Assembly: GCA_038040265.1 (NCBI GenBank)
Contig: JBBPIP010000013.1
Span: forward strand, 5,546 to 69,545
Length of the DNA: 64,000 nt
Origin: Chloroflexota bacterium
GTDB lineage: Bacteria > Chloroflexota > Limnocylindria > P2-11E
Reading direction: 5' to 3'
Part shown: in pieces, positions 62,302 to 64,000 of the stretch
Layout: each line of letters opens with the position of its first letter
Position numbering within the stretch: position 1 is the first letter of the stretch
The notes under the pieces: model-generated
What the model was told of the DNA's origin: nothing
Databases searched by the model: none
The model's input: the letters and a program-made list of their open reading frames with translations, nothing else
Translations under genes and position numbers: made by a program

Positions 62302-62366
62302 ACCCCCAAGCCCTTGCGGGCAATAGGCCCTGAACCTATCGCGTCTGCCGGTTCCGCCACTTCCGC
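62283..62366 (-). tRNA. tRNA-Leu (anticodon CAG)
   Basis: GCGGAAG/CTTCCGC acceptor stem, ATAGG-TTCAGGG-CCTAT anticodon arm, variable arm GCCCGCAAGGGC, GGGGGTTCAAATCCCCC T-arm; CCA not encoded; TAGAAT -10 at 62383-62378. Confidence 0.97.
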
Positions 62367-62424
62367 GTGACCATCCAATTCTAGCGGCGAGCGACCGTCA
62401 CGGCGACTGCATACGATTGCCACG

Positions 62425-63570
62425 ATGCGTCGCACAGCCGATGTGGTCATCGTCGGTGGAGGGATCGTCGGCGCCTCCATCGCGTACCACCTGACAAAGA
62501 AGGGCCTGCGCGATGTGCTCGTCCTCGAACGCGACCGCCTCGGCTCCGGATCAACAGGTAAGAACGCGGGCGGGATTCGTCTGCAGTTCTCGAGCGAGAT
62601 CAACGTGAAGTTGTCGCAGCATTCGCTGCCACACATCGAGCGATTCGAAGATGAGATCGGGACCGACCCACATTTCCATCAAGTCGGCTACCTCTTTCTG
62701 ATCACTGAGGACCGTGACGTCGCCGCCTTCGAACGCTCACTTGCAATGTGGCAGCGCCTCGGTGTCCCCGCGCGCCGAGTGACCGCCGCGGAGGCGAAGG
62801 CGCTCTTCAAGCACGCGCGCACCGATGACGTGCGGTTCGGCACCTTCTGCCCGAAGGATGGCTACGCCGATCCCTCGAGCATGCTGAACGGCTACGTCGC
62901 GCGCGCCCGCGACGCTGGCGTAACGTTCGCGGAGGGCGCGGCCGTGACGGCGATCTCATGCACCAACGGCCGCGTCGCGACGGTGCGCACGAAAGACGAA
63001 GAGATAGGAGCGCGAACCCTCGTCAATGCCGCCGGTCCGTGGGCGGCGCAGGTCGCCAAGCTCGCAGGGATCGACCTGCCAATCGAGCCGATGCGCCGGC
63101 ATATCTTCGTCACCGAACCTGTCCCCGGGCTCGACGAAGACTTCCCGCTGACGATCGAGTTCGCGACAGGTCTCTACGCGCATCGCGAGTCGGGAGGTGT
63201 GCTCCTCGGTATGGCGGATCCGAATGAGAAACCTGGATTCGACGACAGCGTCAACCAGGACTTCATGCCCACGGTCGTCGAGCAGGCCCTTGCGCGGTTT
63301 CCCATCCTCGAGCAGACCTCGATCAAGACCGGCTGGGCGGGGCTGTACGAGGACACCCCGGACAAGCATCCAATACTGGGAAAGGTCGACGCGGTGGAAG
63401 GCTTCATCAACGCGGCGGGTTTCTCGGGGCACGGCATCATGCACGCGCCTGCAACCGGAGAGCTCATCGCTGAGCTCATCGTCGACGGCCGGACGTCGCT
63501 GGACATCAGCGCGCTGAGCCTTTCCCGCTTCCGGACCGGCCAGCTCGTGCGCGAGCACAACGTCATATGA
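62425..63570 (+). CDS. FAD-dependent oxidoreductase, DAO / sarcosine oxidase beta-like
   Basis: VVIVGGGIVGASIAYHL, GSTGKNAGGIR, VNAAGPWA, WAGLYE.TPD, GFSGHGIM. Confidence 0.92.
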   Translation: MRRTADVVIVGGGIVGASIAYHLTKKGLRDVLVLERDRLGSGSTGKNAGGIRLQFSSEINVKLSQHSLPHIERFEDEIGTDPHFHQVGYLFLITEDRDVAAFERSLAMWQRLGVPARRVTAAEAKALFKHARTDDVRFGTFCPKDGYADPSSMLNGYVARARDAGVTFAEGAAVTAISCTNGRVATVRTKDEEIGARTLVNAAGPWAAQVAKLAGIDLPIEPMRRHIFVTEPVPGLDEDFPLTIEFATGLYAHRESGGVLLGMADPNEKPGFDDSVNQDFMPTVVEQALARFPILEQTSIKTGWAGLYEDTPDKHPILGKVDAVEGFINAAGFSGHGIMHAPATGELIAELIVDGRTSLDISALSLSRFRTGQLVREHNVI

Positions 63571-63752
63571 GCGCGGCGTTTCTGCTGCTCATCCTCGACC
63601 TTGTGCTGGTCGCGGGAGCTGCGCTCTTCCTCTTTCTCGTGATCATCCGCCGCGGACGCATAGTCACCAATCTCGGTTTCGCGCTGTTCCTGCTCGTACT
63701 CGCCGCGACCGTCTGGTATACGTCGATCCGCACGCCGCCACCGCTTCCGTGA
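63567..63752 (+). CDS. Small two-TM hypothetical protein (61 aa)
   Basis: ATGA overlap with the oxidoreductase; two hydrophobic helices separated by IIRRGR. Confidence 0.6.
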   Translation: MSAAFLLLILDLVLVAGAALFLFLVIIRRGRIVTNLGFALFLLVLAATVWYTSIRTPPPLP

Positions 63753-63767
63753 GTACCATCGCCTCCG

Positions 63768-64000
63768 TTGTTCACGCGCGATGAGATCCGGCTGACGACG
63801 CTTTCCACCTGCGCCGGCTGAGGAGCCAAGCTGGGCCCCGGCCCGCTGGCGCAGGTACTGCGTCCGATGCGCGATCAAAAGAGTCCCGCGGAGCTGCTCG
63901 TCGGCCTCGACGTCGCCGACGACGCGGCCGTGTATCTCGTTGGGCCCGACACGGCGGTCGTCGAGACCCTCGACTTCTTTCCACCCATCGTCGATGACGC
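63768..64000 (+). CDS. selD: Selenophosphate synthetase, selenocysteine-containing; 5' part only, runs off the window
   Basis: TTG 63768 MFTRDEIRLTTLSTCAG-(TGA 63819-21)-GAKLGPGPLAQVL...LLVGLDVADDAAVY...VETLDFFPPIVDD; absent from the ORF track because of the in-frame UGA. Confidence 0.93.
63849..63863 (+). promoter_or_regulatory. Candidate bacterial SECIS apical hairpin
   Basis: GCGCAG-GTA-CTGCGT; G-first loop 33 nt after the UGA; resembles the E. coli fdhF apex GCAG-GU-CUGC. Confidence 0.55.

Noticed and set aside
63772-63984. 70-aa minus-strand ORF in the track
   Set aside because: Antisense shadow of selD.

Overview
High-GC, very gene-dense core chromosomal segment. A Chloroflexota-type organism is inferred from an AGAAC-N4-GTTCT LexA box, a DUF2089/SHOCT operon, the secG-SBP pairing and many apparently leaderless genes; this is not verified by a search. 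It holds replication and repair genes (ligA, dnaE, polA, mutM, uvrB/uvrA/uvrC, an AlkD-like HEAT protein), an interrupted gatC-gatA...gatB operon, malate synthase A, and an IclR-glcDEF-lutB/A glycolate/lactate operon. Also present are an ECF sigma/ZAS anti-sigma pair, a histidine kinase and a stand-alone receiver, rapZ-tpiA-gpmI-secG, two tRNA-Leu genes (CAA, CAG) and the 5' end of a UGA-containing selD. I saw no CRISPR array, prophage, IS transposase or intein. Best candidates for something new: (1) a free-standing double-LAGLIDADG endonuclease whose stop codon lies inside the antisense 3' end of tRNA-Leu(CAG), preceded by two tandem 22-bp palindromes; (2) a GC-rich palindromic mini-repeat found three times in one intergenic region and again in frame inside the dnaE linker, with a similar hairpin-rich insert in an ABC-F linker; (3) a Rieske-like membrane protein lacking Fe-S ligands inside the gat operon; (4) apparent CTG start codons in the glc/lut operon; (5) a 15-bp bidirectional leaderless promoter in which each start codon is part of the other gene's -10 box. 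Starts were refined by eye from the ORF track, and family assignments come from motif recognition only, with no database search.
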